Shown: positions 8,965-18,002, counted from the stretch's first letter. The stretch: 20,000 nt of DNA from an uncultured virus (IMG/VR IMGVR_UViG_3300042889_002336) (IMGVR_UViG_3300042889_002336); one strand, 5' to 3'. Numbers and translations are program-made. The notes: a model not told the origin generated them from the sequence alone.

Positions 8965-10066
8965 TTCTTACTACTTTGAATATATTTTGATTATCCACTA
9001 CTGTAGTGCTTCCGTCTAATGTCGTCTTAACTAATATACGATAATATCTCTCAGGTTGCAAGCCATCCATATACACATCAAAGAATGGTCCTGTTGGATC
9101 GCAGCTAATTTTTGTAAACTGTGTATCGAAATCAATAACCATCTCCTCTGTATTCTCATCTCGTAATCCCCAATATGAACTTGAAGGAAGAGCGTAGTTT
9201 GTTAAGTATATTGAAGAGGTTGTAAAAGTTCTAACCGGGTATTTAGGTTTTGCAGTTAATCTAAATCTCTGCTTTCCTACGTCTGCATACTTTCCTCTAT
9301 TATTCTTTATACCGATAGTTGATATGCTATTTGAAAGAACTGATAAAGATCCTGTAGTGTATGTACTATCATCCCACTTGAATTCTAAGAATGGTGGATA
9401 AATTGTATTTGTGTCTAAGCTGTAATACTTTAGCCTAATAGAGGAAGACATGTTATACTCTATATCATCTGAGAGTTTAAAGATAAACCCGTCATTTACC
9501 AATGTATTGGAGTTGATTTGACTAATTGCTCTTGTTACATTTATAGAAACATCGTGAGTAGAATTTATACTATGTGATTGTGTAAATTCCATGTTAAATC
9601 CTGCTGAAGCTGTGTACCAGTTTCCTCCTCCATTTAGTGGTGAATCATAAGAACCTGTTACAAAGGATGGGTAAGATCCTTGCAACCAAGGGCTAGCCTC
9701 TGTTGATTGTCTATATTGCCAAGACACTCCAGTTTTATTAGTTGGAATATCTCCAAACTTCCCTATCCCACTATCCCATGCTCCATAGACTGGGTATGCA
9801 TATACGGTGTAATCTATAGGGAGTTCATATGCTTCTGCCAGGTACATACCAAGGCTTGCACTATATCCTAATGCTCCGATTTTATTTGCAATTACATCCT
9901 TAATATCTGCTGTACTGAATTTGGTAAGTATTCGGTTTGTTTGACCTACTCCTGTTATATCTGGGTATCCTCCTAATTCAACTATTTCGTCTTTACCTGC
10001 ATTTCCTAAGACATTCTCACTTGATATGAATGCATCTTTTTCTGGGAATATTCTGTATACTGCCAT
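8957..10066 (-). CDS. Baseplate-associated protein, DNRLRE-like beta-sandwich plus C-terminal Ig-like domain
   Basis: 369 aa. PEKDAFIS...NAGKDEIVELG...RILTKFS...ASLGMY...WDSG...VSW resembles the DNRLRE/CBM96-type pattern. Directly follows the gp6-like gene. Confidence 0.5.
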   Translation of the reverse strand: MAVYRIFPEKDAFISSENVLGNAGKDEIVELGGYPDITGVGQTNRILTKFSTADIKDVIANKIGALGYSASLGMYLAEAYELPIDYTVYAYPVYGAWDSGIGKFGDIPTNKTGVSWQYRQSTEASPWLQGSYPSFVTGSYDSPLNGGGNWYTASAGFNMEFTQSHSINSTHDVSINVTRAISQINSNTLVNDGFIFKLSDDIEYNMSSSIRLKYYSLDTNTIYPPFLEFKWDDSTYTTGSLSVLSNSISTIGIKNNRGKYADVGKQRFRLTAKPKYPVRTFTTSSIYLTNYALPSSSYWGLRDENTEEMVIDFDTQFTKISCDPTGPFFDVYMDGLQPERYYRILVKTTLDGSTTVVDNQNIFKVVRNG

Positions 10067-10067
10067 G

Positions 10068-11891
10068 TTATAGTGTTGTTATTCTTCCTTTAATATCTCT
10101 ATCTAAGTATTTTACTTCAAAAATCATAGGATCATAAGAAGGGTATACTATATTACTTTTTGTTGCTCCTTCTACATCGTATGCATATTCTGAGTAATCC
10201 CCTCCTGCTTTGTTAAGTACTCTAACTCTCTGTACTGTTTGTACTCCTTTTTCTTGATCTAGTAATGTATATATACTTGACAGGTTAATTGGCTGGTTAA
10301 TATTCCATTTAGTAATATTAAAATAATCTCTTAATCTATTTGTACAAGCAAGTAGGACATCTCTACCGGAGTAGTTTGGCCTAACTATTATGTCAAAGTC
10401 AACTTCAATATTAACTACAAATGCATTTTTTATGTTAATAGCATCTGTTAGTAATATGTACTGAGATAAGTAGGTTTTTAGGTTATTATGTAGGTTAGGT
10501 GTTGCTTGTATAAGATTTCCGTTATTATCATAAGCTAATGTATATATAGAAAGTGATAAAGGATTACTATCTATTATACTATCTACTCTAGAATTAGGGT
10601 TTGATAACTGATCTTGAGCTACATATACCTTTGCAATTGAGCCATATTTCGACGGTAGTGACAGAGATCTAACGATATAATCCTGTAAAGAAACTGTCCT
10701 ACCTTGTTCGTTAAAAGATTTAAGAGCATTCTGTCTTAATTCCTCTACCGTATCTCCATCTCTACCTCCAGTAGCTGCTTGGGGGTTATTAAACGCTACT
10801 GTTGACTGTCTTGAAGTATTCCCTAAATAGCTTGCATTTATTATAGTTGTAATTGTATTTGCAGGTACATTAGCTGCTACTCCTCCTCCTACTATATACC
10901 TAATAGTAAGTGTGGTATTAGAAGGAGCTAACCCGTAAGTCTGTGTAATTAGGAAGTTAGATGGATCGTATGCATAGTCAATATTAATATTAAATGGTGC
11001 AAGCCCTAATCCGATATTAGTAGGATCTGGTGTTAATACTGTATCAGTAGTACCTGTTACTCCTGAGCCAAACTGTATCTGTAATTGTCCTGTAGAGTTA
11101 AATCTAGTAACAAATCTCCTAGGTACTCTTTCTAAAGTTAATAAGTACGGAGCTACGTTACTGTCTGATGCTCCTACGTTAGGGGTATCTTTAAAAATAG
11201 TATCTTGCCCTAAGAAAGGAACTTCATACCATGTATTTCCGTCACTATCTACTATAGAATGAATTCCTACTATATTAGTATCGTCTACTGTTATTGTCTT
11301 AAATTTTTCAACAGTTCCAATTGCTTCTGTTACAGTTCTTATCTCTCCTGAATATGCTTTAGTTGTTTTTCTAAGTATAAATTCAGTAGGAATAAAAGTA
11401 ATAGGATCTAGTTGAGAGATTGCAACTGTTGTTGGATTGTATGAACTAGAAAAACTAAAATCAACTGGTTGATCAATAATAAACCTAGCTTGACCTGAGG
11501 TTGTAGATGCAAGTTGTGTTCCTGATGATAGTTGCGGTGCTGTAGTCCAGTTTGGTTCACCATCAGTACCTGGTAATATTGTACAAGATACTTCTATATC
11601 TACTTCTGAAACTGTAGTAACTTTTGGACGATACCCCATCATATAAGCTAAGTTATATAAATTTGCAGGGTTTTTAGCATATTGTAGGTATGTTTCTTGA
11701 AGTTGTGTGTCTTGGTAGAAAGATAAAATATCACCTACATATGCAGCCATCTCTATAAACATCATACCTGGTGATGTTGGGGAGAAGTCGTTATAAGCGT
11801 CTGGGAAGTAATTCTTTGCGTACTCAGTTAACTGGGTTTTAAAATCGGTAAAATCCCTATTTACATATTTTATATCTCTATCTTGAGCCAT
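10068..11891 (-). CDS. Baseplate wedge subunit, T4 gp6 / baseplate J-like
   Basis: 607 aa with RDFTDFKTQL, GMMFIEMAAYVGDILSFYQD, LAYMMGYRP and ATGGRDGDTVEELRQNA...QGRTVSLQDY, all hallmark gp6/gpJ motifs. Coupled to the gp25-like gene by a TAATG overlap. Confidence 0.92.
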   Translation of the reverse strand: MAQDRDIKYVNRDFTDFKTQLTEYAKNYFPDAYNDFSPTSPGMMFIEMAAYVGDILSFYQDTQLQETYLQYAKNPANLYNLAYMMGYRPKVTTVSEVDIEVSCTILPGTDGEPNWTTAPQLSSGTQLASTTSGQARFIIDQPVDFSFSSSYNPTTVAISQLDPITFIPTEFILRKTTKAYSGEIRTVTEAIGTVEKFKTITVDDTNIVGIHSIVDSDGNTWYEVPFLGQDTIFKDTPNVGASDSNVAPYLLTLERVPRRFVTRFNSTGQLQIQFGSGVTGTTDTVLTPDPTNIGLGLAPFNINIDYAYDPSNFLITQTYGLAPSNTTLTIRYIVGGGVAANVPANTITTIINASYLGNTSRQSTVAFNNPQAATGGRDGDTVEELRQNALKSFNEQGRTVSLQDYIVRSLSLPSKYGSIAKVYVAQDQLSNPNSRVDSIIDSNPLSLSIYTLAYDNNGNLIQATPNLHNNLKTYLSQYILLTDAINIKNAFVVNIEVDFDIIVRPNYSGRDVLLACTNRLRDYFNITKWNINQPINLSSIYTLLDQEKGVQTVQRVRVLNKAGGDYSEYAYDVEGATKSNIVYPSYDPMIFEVKYLDRDIKGRITTL

Positions 11892-12301
11892 TATTGTTCG
11901 AAATTAATTAATAATTCGTCTTGTATATTTGTTTGATCTACACTATATCTTATGTAGATTGTTACAGTATGTGTGTCTGGTATTTCTTCTACTAGGAGCT
12001 GTTCTATTATTACATTAGGAAACCAATCTACTATTCCTCTTCTAACCTCTATCCTGATCTCTTCTTGAGTATCCGGTGTCATTTGGTTAAATAATAATGT
12101 TCTTAGGTTTGTTCCAAAATTTGGATTTAAAAACCTTTCCTGCCTTCCTGTTAAAAAGAAATTAATTAAATTAGATTTAAGTGCATCTTTTGTTGTGTAT
12201 GTAGAGTTGAATACAGCCTTAGAGGAAAACGGGAGACTAACGCCAACTGCTTTCCTAGGTTGTAAATCTATTGGATGTATTTTTTGTACACTAAATGCCA
12301 T
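11891..12301 (-). CDS. Baseplate wedge / sheath initiator, T4 gp25 / P2 gpW-like
   Basis: 136 aa. LKSNLINFFLTGRQERFLNPNFGTNLRTLLF matches the GPW_gp25 signature (LLTxxGERxxxPxFGxxLxxxLF). Confidence 0.92.
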   Translation of the reverse strand: MAFSVQKIHPIDLQPRKAVGVSLPFSSKAVFNSTYTTKDALKSNLINFFLTGRQERFLNPNFGTNLRTLLFNQMTPDTQEEIRIEVRRGIVDWFPNVIIEQLLVEEIPDTHTVTIYIRYSVDQTNIQDELLINFEQ

Positions 12302-12720
12302 TATCCTCCGAATCTTTGTTTATCTTTCTCAACCGATGCTTTAAAAACATCTCCTGCTCTCATCATGAAGTCAAACTGAGATATATCTAACCCCGGTTCA
12401 GGACCTTGTCTAAAGTTTTCCATCATTGGGTTCATACCTAATCCTGGTGCAGATACCATATCAGATGTTGCACTTACTAAGTTTTGGTATTCTCCCTGAG
12501 TCATTGAATGTTTTGTCTCATTCATTAAATCCATAATAGGATTACCTGTAGGTACTGGTTTTGCAACTATGGGTTTATGGTCTGCATACTTCGTTACATG
12601 TTGTACTACGGGTTTGTTTGAAACAGGTTTTACATCTTCAGAAAGAATTACTGCTAACTCTTCTCGAACTGCTTCTCGAACTGCTTCTTTAATTAGGTTT
12701 TTTAATAAGTCTAACTTCAT
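12301..12720 (-). CDS. Hypothetical late protein, possibly a protease-processed virion internal protein
   Basis: 139 aa. The N-terminus MKLDLLKNLIKEAVREAVREELAVILSE carries repeated I/V/L-x-E motifs. It has its own candidate late promoter. Confidence 0.6.
   Translation of the reverse strand: MKLDLLKNLIKEAVREAVREELAVILSEDVKPVSNKPVVQHVTKYADHKPIVAKPVPTGNPIMDLMNETKHSMTQGEYQNLVSATSDMVSAPGLGMNPMMENFRQGPEPGLDISQFDFMMRAGDVFKASVEKDKQRFGG
12660..12688. repeat. Perfect 12-bp tandem duplication (cttctcgaactg x2.4) encoding EAVR-EAVR-E
   Basis: cttctcgaactg cttctcgaactg cttct, read directly. Confidence 0.9.
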
Positions 12721-12723
12721 ATT

Positions 12724-12731
12724 AATAAATA
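12724..12731 (-). promoter_or_regulatory. Candidate late promoter TATTTATT
   Basis: Minus strand aacTATTTATTaatATG, in the 17-nt gap before ORF 12301..12720. Confidence 0.5.
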
Positions 12732-12737
12732 GTTATA

Positions 12738-13853
12738 TTATGGTAATTGATTATCTATTCTAAATTTCAATTCTTCTAGAAGTATATCTGTAGAAGAACT
12801 AAAAGATGGCTGCCCTCTTAGTACAATTACCCCTCTTCCATCTCTTGCTACAGCATACCTTCTTGGTGCTATTTTAGGAGAGTTAGGATCCTGTATAACA
12901 GCTAAAGTATACCCTCTATATGTGTATTTTGGATCAGGTTGCCCTGTTAGTGGATCTATAGGAGTACCTTCTGTACCTGTGTTACCTTTAGGTTGTGCTG
13001 TTGCTAATATAGCGGCTAAATCTGCAGTTGTTGCACTATCAGTACTACATTGTTGAATTGCAATATCTATTGAATCTAATCTGTTTTTTATATTGTCAAT
13101 AGGCGGTATTATGGCATCTACTGTTGATAGAATTGCATTACCTTCGTTTGTATATTTTTCTACAAGCTTATCTAATTGTATTAATTTATCTGAATATCTA
13201 GTTAAAATATTAGCTGGTATACCTAAACCTCCTACTTGTGGAGGTATTATTGCTGTCGGTATTGGTATGTTTTTGATAATTGTAATAGCTAATCTAACAG
13301 TACTTGCTATACTTACCAACTGCCCTGCTGTACCTTTATATTGCTGTGCTCTTTTTTGAAAAGCTCCTATATTTTTTGAAAGATTATTTTTAGTCTTTAC
13401 AATTCTTTGAAGTTCTTTTGCATTTGGACATTCATTAACAAATTTACTTAGAGCTTCTAAAACTCTTTGCTGTACTTGAGCAACAAGTTTTCCTCGCATT
13501 CCTCCTATCTGTATTGCAATTACTCCTGCAATTCCTTTTGCGGAAGGTCCTGCTGCTTTTAGTAGTGCTCTAGTTTCTTGTATCCTCCTCTGTAAGTCTT
13601 TTGCTCTTTTTGCCGCAGCTTCTGCTTTTGCTTTATAAGCTTCAAATTTTGCTTTTGCTTCATCAAACTGTGCCTTAGCAGCTTGTGCTTTCTCTAGAGA
13701 TGCACTTATTTTTGTGAGTCTTGCATCTGATTTTGCTAAATTCTTTGCTCTTTCAATGGATTCCTCTGCTCTTGCAAGCTCTTGAAGTGCTAGTTCTTTT
13801 CTGGTAGTAGCAGCAACTTCTAACTGTTCTGGTGTTGGTTGTATATCTGCCAT
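12738..13853 (-). CDS. Hypothetical alpha-helical/coiled-coil protein in the baseplate module
   Basis: 371 aa with an Ala/Lys/Glu-rich coiled-coil N-terminus and a small C-terminal alpha/beta domain. TAATG-coupled to the spike-like gene. Confidence 0.7.
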   Translation of the reverse strand: MADIQPTPEQLEVAATTRKELALQELARAEESIERAKNLAKSDARLTKISASLEKAQAAKAQFDEAKAKFEAYKAKAEAAAKRAKDLQRRIQETRALLKAAGPSAKGIAGVIAIQIGGMRGKLVAQVQQRVLEALSKFVNECPNAKELQRIVKTKNNLSKNIGAFQKRAQQYKGTAGQLVSIASTVRLAITIIKNIPIPTAIIPPQVGGLGIPANILTRYSDKLIQLDKLVEKYTNEGNAILSTVDAIIPPIDNIKNRLDSIDIAIQQCSTDSATTADLAAILATAQPKGNTGTEGTPIDPLTGQPDPKYTYRGYTLAVIQDPNSPKIAPRRYAVARDGRGVIVLRGQPSFSSSTDILLEELKFRIDNQLP

Positions 13854-14992
13854 TACTCTGTGAAGACTTTATTTGATTGAAATTGTTTTATCTGAGTTCT
13901 TAAAGATTTTACTACTGCTTGTAGTTCTGGTCCTGCTGCGTTTAGTTGTGTTACTGGACCTCCGCTTACTGCTGCAGCTGATGATAATGCAGATGCTACA
14001 CTACTTAGTGCATCTAATAGAGAATTCATCCAGTTTTCTAACTGTCTTCCTAATATTACAGGTTCTTTTGTTCTTGCTGTTCTAGCTTTTACCCCTAAGT
14101 ATATCTGCTTGGCATCTACACACATATAGTCTGTTGCATCGAAATTTAAAGTTCTTGCATTTAATCCTATAGATTCTTTAGCGGAAATAAAAGCACTATC
14201 CTCTTTTGCATTAAAGTATAACCTTCCTCCATTCAAAAGTACTTGGTTACCTAAATACCTATCAGAAGTGATAGGCGGTACATCGTAAGAATCTCTTTTT
14301 GTATTAATAGACTTAAGCGGTATTACGTGTTTTGATGTAAAATATAAGGAATTAAAATCATCGTTTATATTTTCTTCTATAGGATCTATCCCGTTATCTG
14401 TAGCTATTTGACCATTACTTATAATGATTAAAGGGCTTCCATTATTTGAATCTCCAATTAAAGTAGATTCTACTCCTCTATTTCCTCCAAATCTTATAGA
14501 TTGACCTAATCTACCTTCTATTAAAGTATCTCCAGGTGCTGCCTGTAGTGGATTTATGTTAGCTGCTTCTGCTGCCCCCCCTATTAACCTATCTTGCCAC
14601 CCTACTTGCTTTGTATCTGGAGAGGCATTATGATGAGGTGAGTTCCAGATATTAACTATTTTAGTCCAGTATTTCACTGTCGCACCTGGTGTTCCTTGAC
14701 TATTTGCTCCTGGTGCTGATTCTATCTGAACCATTTCACCTTCCATAGGGATCACCCTCATTGTAGCACTTCCTTGGTAAGCAAACTGTAAAGAATCTAT
14801 TTGACTTTCATCCCCTGGTACTTTAGGGAATTTATAGAATACTCCATTTAACATAGAGGGGTCTTTACAGTTAGGGTCGTTTATAGATAGAATAGTGCTT
14901 ACTACTCTTCCAAACTGTCCTCCTGATGACGATCCTCCTGTAGAACTTCCTGAAGAGCCTTTACTGGGTGTAAAATGTGATTTACTCGCCAT
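13853..14992 (-). CDS. Baseplate central spike/hub, T4 gp5 / P2 gpV-like (no lysozyme domain evident)
   Basis: 379 aa. N-terminal OB-fold-like GRVVS...RVIPMEGEMVQI, then GDTLIEGRLGQSIRFG, and a C-terminal beta-helix-like GNQVLLNGGRLYFNAK...IYLG...EPVILG. Located upstream of gp25/gp6. Confidence 0.7.
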   Translation of the reverse strand: MASKSHFTPSKGSSGSSTGGSSSGGQFGRVVSTILSINDPNCKDPSMLNGVFYKFPKVPGDESQIDSLQFAYQGSATMRVIPMEGEMVQIESAPGANSQGTPGATVKYWTKIVNIWNSPHHNASPDTKQVGWQDRLIGGAAEAANINPLQAAPGDTLIEGRLGQSIRFGGNRGVESTLIGDSNNGSPLIIISNGQIATDNGIDPIEENINDDFNSLYFTSKHVIPLKSINTKRDSYDVPPITSDRYLGNQVLLNGGRLYFNAKEDSAFISAKESIGLNARTLNFDATDYMCVDAKQIYLGVKARTARTKEPVILGRQLENWMNSLLDALSSVASALSSAAAVSGGPVTQLNAAGPELQAVVKSLRTQIKQFQSNKVFTE

Positions 14993-15342
14993 TACTCTTC
15001 GTCTTTTTTATCTAATTGCTTCCCTAGTTCTTCACTCTGTTCCATTAGTTTTGCAAGCTCTTCTGGGTTAAAAAAGTCTGTTTCAGACCCTTTTCCTGTT
15101 CCTTCAAGTCTTTGAACAAGTGCTACCATTTTAATAAGATGTTCGTCATTCTTTACTCCAACTTCTAAATACTCTTTAATCATAGGAACAACTAAAGTTG
15201 CATCTCCTATGTTCTCAACAAGAGGTTTTAACTCTCCAATAAGAGCGTTAATCTGTTTCTCTTTATTCTTAGAATTGTCGTAAATTTCTTTTAAAACATC
15301 AGAAACGGTCTTTTTTCCAAATATTGTTGTCTCTAATCCCAT
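14992..15342 (-). CDS. Hypothetical helical protein, first gene of the late operon
   Basis: 116 aa, helical-looking with an acidic tail. TAATG-coupled to the spike gene and preceded by the late motif. Confidence 0.75.
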   Translation of the reverse strand: MGLETTIFGKKTVSDVLKEIYDNSKNKEKQINALIGELKPLVENIGDATLVVPMIKEYLEVGVKNDEHLIKMVALVQRLEGTGKGSETDFFNPEELAKLMEQSEELGKQLDKKDEE

Positions 15343-15346
15343 AGTC

Positions 15347-15363
15347 TATTTATTATATAAATA
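15347..15363 (-). promoter_or_regulatory. Candidate late promoter TATTTATA (15363-15356) within a perfect inverted repeat TATTTAT-tat-ATAAATA
   Basis: Lies in the 33-nt gap between the sigma-factor gene and the structural operon, 13 nt before ATG 15342. Confidence 0.6.
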
Positions 15364-15375
15364 TCGAAAGATATG

Positions 15376-16074
15376 TTATTGAATAGAAAAACCTGCATCT
15401 TGGTAGGTTTTGTATATTTTATAGAACTCTTCTTTTAGTTTAGATATTACCCGTGTAAGTGTAGGAGTTTCACAATCAGTCATTTCTCTTATGTAGATAT
15501 ACAGAGCTTTCTTTCTAAAAATCTCTAAATCATGACGTGTTTTAAATAAGGTTAGAATAGCATCTGCTACTCTCTGGTCTTGTTCTTTAGGGAAGATCTC
15601 CTCCATATTATCATAACTACTTTCAACAAAGTAATTTACTATCACTGCTAGAGTTATTCTTCTTTCAGAATCCGGTAAACCTTCTACTTCATAAGAATCT
15701 TCCATTTCTTCGAAAGACCCTATTTGCTTTAGTTTCTTATAATTACGGTTATTGTAATTGATAAGCCACCTCTTTACTATTGTTTGGAAATAGGAAAATG
15801 CTTTAGCTCCGTTGGTAGAGTCAAATCTATGAAGTTTCTCTTCTACAAGCATGCTAACTACATCTAACTTTAAATCCTCTATACTATCTACATCTAAGTA
15901 GTAAAATTTAAAAGTATGTATAATATTCTCTGCTAGTTTATAAAGGGGGTGATATATCTCTTTTTTAAATACATTATCCCTAAAAACAGGATCAGAGGAT
16001 GCGTTATATCTTACGATTGCATCCTCTGTTTCTTGTGTGAAATAGTAGTTATCTTTATTTGGTGGTTTTGCCAT
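15376..16074 (-). CDS. Phage RNA polymerase sigma factor, T4 gp55-like (late transcription)
   Basis: YYFTQETEDAI...KLAENII...LHRFDSTNGAKAFSYFQTIVKRWLINY resembles sigma region 2 of gp55-like factors (FD...N/KxFxYFxxI). Start MAKPP at 16074 is preferred over 16098 because it gives a smaller overlap with the upstream ORF. Confidence 0.72.
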   Translation of the reverse strand: MAKPPNKDNYYFTQETEDAIVRYNASSDPVFRDNVFKKEIYHPLYKLAENIIHTFKFYYLDVDSIEDLKLDVVSMLVEEKLHRFDSTNGAKAFSYFQTIVKRWLINYNNRNYKKLKQIGSFEEMEDSYEVEGLPDSERRITLAVIVNYFVESSYDNMEEIFPKEQDQRVADAILTLFKTRHDLEIFRKKALYIYIREMTDCETPTLTRVISKLKEEFYKIYKTYQDAGFSIQ

Positions 16075-16348
16075 AGTCTTCTGGGAGACGGAAATCATTT
16101 ATTGTATCTTGTATTTCTTTCATGAAATTGAAGAAAACTCCTACTTCATCATCTGATCTAAATGCTCCTGACTCATCTAATTGTTCAACGTAAATTTTTG
16201 ATTCACTAATAAGATACGAAACTTTCCTTAAATAATCAACTTGGTACTCTAACACGTCTTCTTGTTTGATTACCTTACGATTTAGATTATAAACTACATA
16301 GACTAGTACTACAATAATTACCCCTAAAATTCCTGCTATTATTTCCAT
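16055..16348 (-). CDS. Small membrane-anchored protein
   Basis: 97 aa. N-terminal hydrophobic helix IIAGILGVIIVVLVYVVY followed by a helical soluble part. Confidence 0.75.
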   Translation of the reverse strand: MEIIAGILGVIIVVLVYVVYNLNRKVIKQEDVLEYQVDYLRKVSYLISESKIYVEQLDESGAFRSDDEVGVFFNFMKEIQDTINDFRLPEDYGKTTK

Positions 16349-16349
16349 A

Positions 16350-17087
16350 TTAAATTCCTTTTACTAAATTCATTAATCCTTCTGAGGCATTTACTTTCTT
16401 ACCTGTAGAAGAAGTTGTCTTCTCTACTTTTGGTGTAGAAGTTCCTCCTGAAGCTTTCCAAGCATCGTATTCTATTTTAGAAGCTAGGAAATCTGCTTGA
16501 TGTAAAATATAAACTATATTAGTTCTTAATTTAGAATCTGGATTAAAAGTCATGTAATAAGGTTTATTAACATCGTCATACAATCCGTCATGTAATTTAA
16601 TAGCTAAATATTCTTTCTCATTCATAGCTATACCATTTTGCTGAAGAATAAAAAGGGAACGGTCTTGAATAAGCATAAAAGAAAGGTCTTTATTATGCGT
16701 ATAAACTTCTCCTAATTTATCTCTTCTCCAGGCATCTGTTTGAGGAAGGTAATTTGGTTGCCCTTTAAAGCCTATTTTTCCTAAATCATGGTTAAGAGCA
16801 GCAAAAACTAACTCTTCATCATTAAAATCAATAGTAGCTCCCATTTCCTGCCATAGTTGTTTTGTCTTTAAAGCACAGTGAACAACTCGGTTGACATGGT
16901 CAATATACCCTCCCGGGAAGGCATTATGATAAGTAGGTTTACCGGAAGCAGGAGCCATAATCATCTCCTCACCTAAAGAACAGTAAAGATGTGTTAACTT
17001 TTCTTTACGTTCTCCGGTAATAAAAGTATCTACAATTTTAAGATGCTTATCCCAATTCTTTTCAATCTGTTCTGCCGAAAGGTTCAT
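16350..17087 (-). CDS. HD-domain metal-dependent phosphohydrolase (YhaM-type HD domain, no OB fold)
   Basis: 245 aa with APAS...HNAFPGGYIDHV, ALNHDLGKIG, IKLHDG and LHQADFLAS: a full set of HD motifs. Confidence 0.9.
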   Translation of the reverse strand: MNLSAEQIEKNWDKHLKIVDTFITGERKEKLTHLYCSLGEEMIMAPASGKPTYHNAFPGGYIDHVNRVVHCALKTKQLWQEMGATIDFNDEELVFAALNHDLGKIGFKGQPNYLPQTDAWRRDKLGEVYTHNKDLSFMLIQDRSLFILQQNGIAMNEKEYLAIKLHDGLYDDVNKPYYMTFNPDSKLRTNIVYILHQADFLASKIEYDAWKASGGTSTPKVEKTTSSTGKKVNASEGLMNLVKGI

Positions 17088-17260
17088 TAGTCTTGGTGTT
17101 CGGTATTTAGTAGAGTTCTCATATCCCCTATCTTTTCTAATAACTCTTCAACTTTTGCATAACCTTCCGCTTGTTCATTACGGTGTATATGATACCCGAT
17201 TTTCTTTACTTCGGATTCAAATCTTTCTAATTTCTGTTCAAATAAGGTCTTGTTTCTCAT
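17087..17260 (-). CDS. Small helical hypothetical protein (57 aa; below ORF-track cutoff)
   Basis: MRNKTLFEQKLERFESEVKKIGYHIHRNEQAEGYAKVEELLEKIGDMRTLLNTEHQD*. A-rich leader; the stop overlaps the HD gene start (TAATG). Confidence 0.8.
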   Translation of the reverse strand: MRNKTLFEQKLERFESEVKKIGYHIHRNEQAEGYAKVEELLEKIGDMRTLLNTEHQD

Positions 17261-17314
17261 TTTTTTATTTTTAGTTTATTAATACTTCTTTATACTTTAT
17301 AAATCCATATAGGG

Positions 17315-17346
17315 GTAAGTTATGAACTTTTTTTTTGGGAAACAAC
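17315..17346 (-). promoter_or_regulatory. Host-type promoter GTTG-N20-TAACTTAC
   Basis: GTTG 17346-17343, 20-nt spacer, TAACTTAC 17322-17315. Upstream of the 57aa/HD/membrane/sigma gene cluster; the -7 box is a variant. Confidence 0.55.
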
Positions 17347-17348
17347 TC

Positions 17349-18002
17349 CTATGGTTCAAACACTACTTTTAACTCTTTTAAAATGGTTTTTTTGTTCTCT
17401 CCTAAAGTAACTTCTATGTAAATTGTAGCAGATCTACCTATGAAATCCGGAAAAAACGTCATGGATTGCTGAGGCCTGTAAGTGTATTTGCTGTATGTAG
17501 CGAAATAAGTCTTATATGCTGGGTGATTTACATTCACATTAGGATTGCGTTGAATAGTATATCCTGTTAGGTTCATTATGTTTGTTTGTCCTATAAGCTG
17601 TGGGAAGGTATAAGTTTGTGTTCCAACAGGAATAGGAGTGTTCATTTGATTGCTTGACCATAGGCCTAAGTAAGAATAAACAGGGTAGGTCCATATAACA
17701 TTCCCTGGTGTATAGAAGAAATTAGAGTCAAAACCCACGCTTACTAAAGGAATTCCATTAATAACATAGTGAGGATCCAATTCATTTACATCACCTTTTA
17801 CTGTAAAATAATTCAATCCAGCATGTTTAATATGCCAAACACCTTGAGCATCTTGATAAGTTCCAGGATGTCCTTGGGTATCAATTCGGAATTCAGCCCC
17901 ACAATTACCGTTTAAACATACATTAGGTTCGATTTCAGGAGTAGAACAACTAAATACGAATAAAGAAAGAAGTAATAAGAATAAATTTTTTAACTGTTTC
18001 AT
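17349..18002 (-). CDS. Phage-encoded lipoprotein of unknown function
   Basis: 217 aa. MKQLKNLFLLLLSLFVFS-C19 has basic residues, a hydrophobic stretch and a lipobox Cys typical of SPase II substrates. Confidence 0.8.
   Translation of the reverse strand: MKQLKNLFLLLLSLFVFSCSTPEIEPNVCLNGNCGAEFRIDTQGHPGTYQDAQGVWHIKHAGLNYFTVKGDVNELDPHYVINGIPLVSVGFDSNFFYTPGNVIWTYPVYSYLGLWSSNQMNTPIPVGTQTYTFPQLIGQTNIMNLTGYTIQRNPNVNVNHPAYKTYFATYSKYTYRPQQSMTFFPDFIGRSATIYIEVTLGENKKTILKELKVVFEP

Noticed and set aside
10068..14992. Bacterial contractile injection system (T6SS/eCIS/tailocin) instead of phage
   Set aside because: The adjacent phage-type sigma factor, T5orf172 gene, dense small ORFs and absence of bacterial housekeeping or Tss/Afp accessory genes favour a large lytic phage.
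16075..16098. ORF-track start for the sigma gene at 16098
   Set aside because: It would overlap the upstream gene by 44 nt; ATG at 16074 is more plausible.
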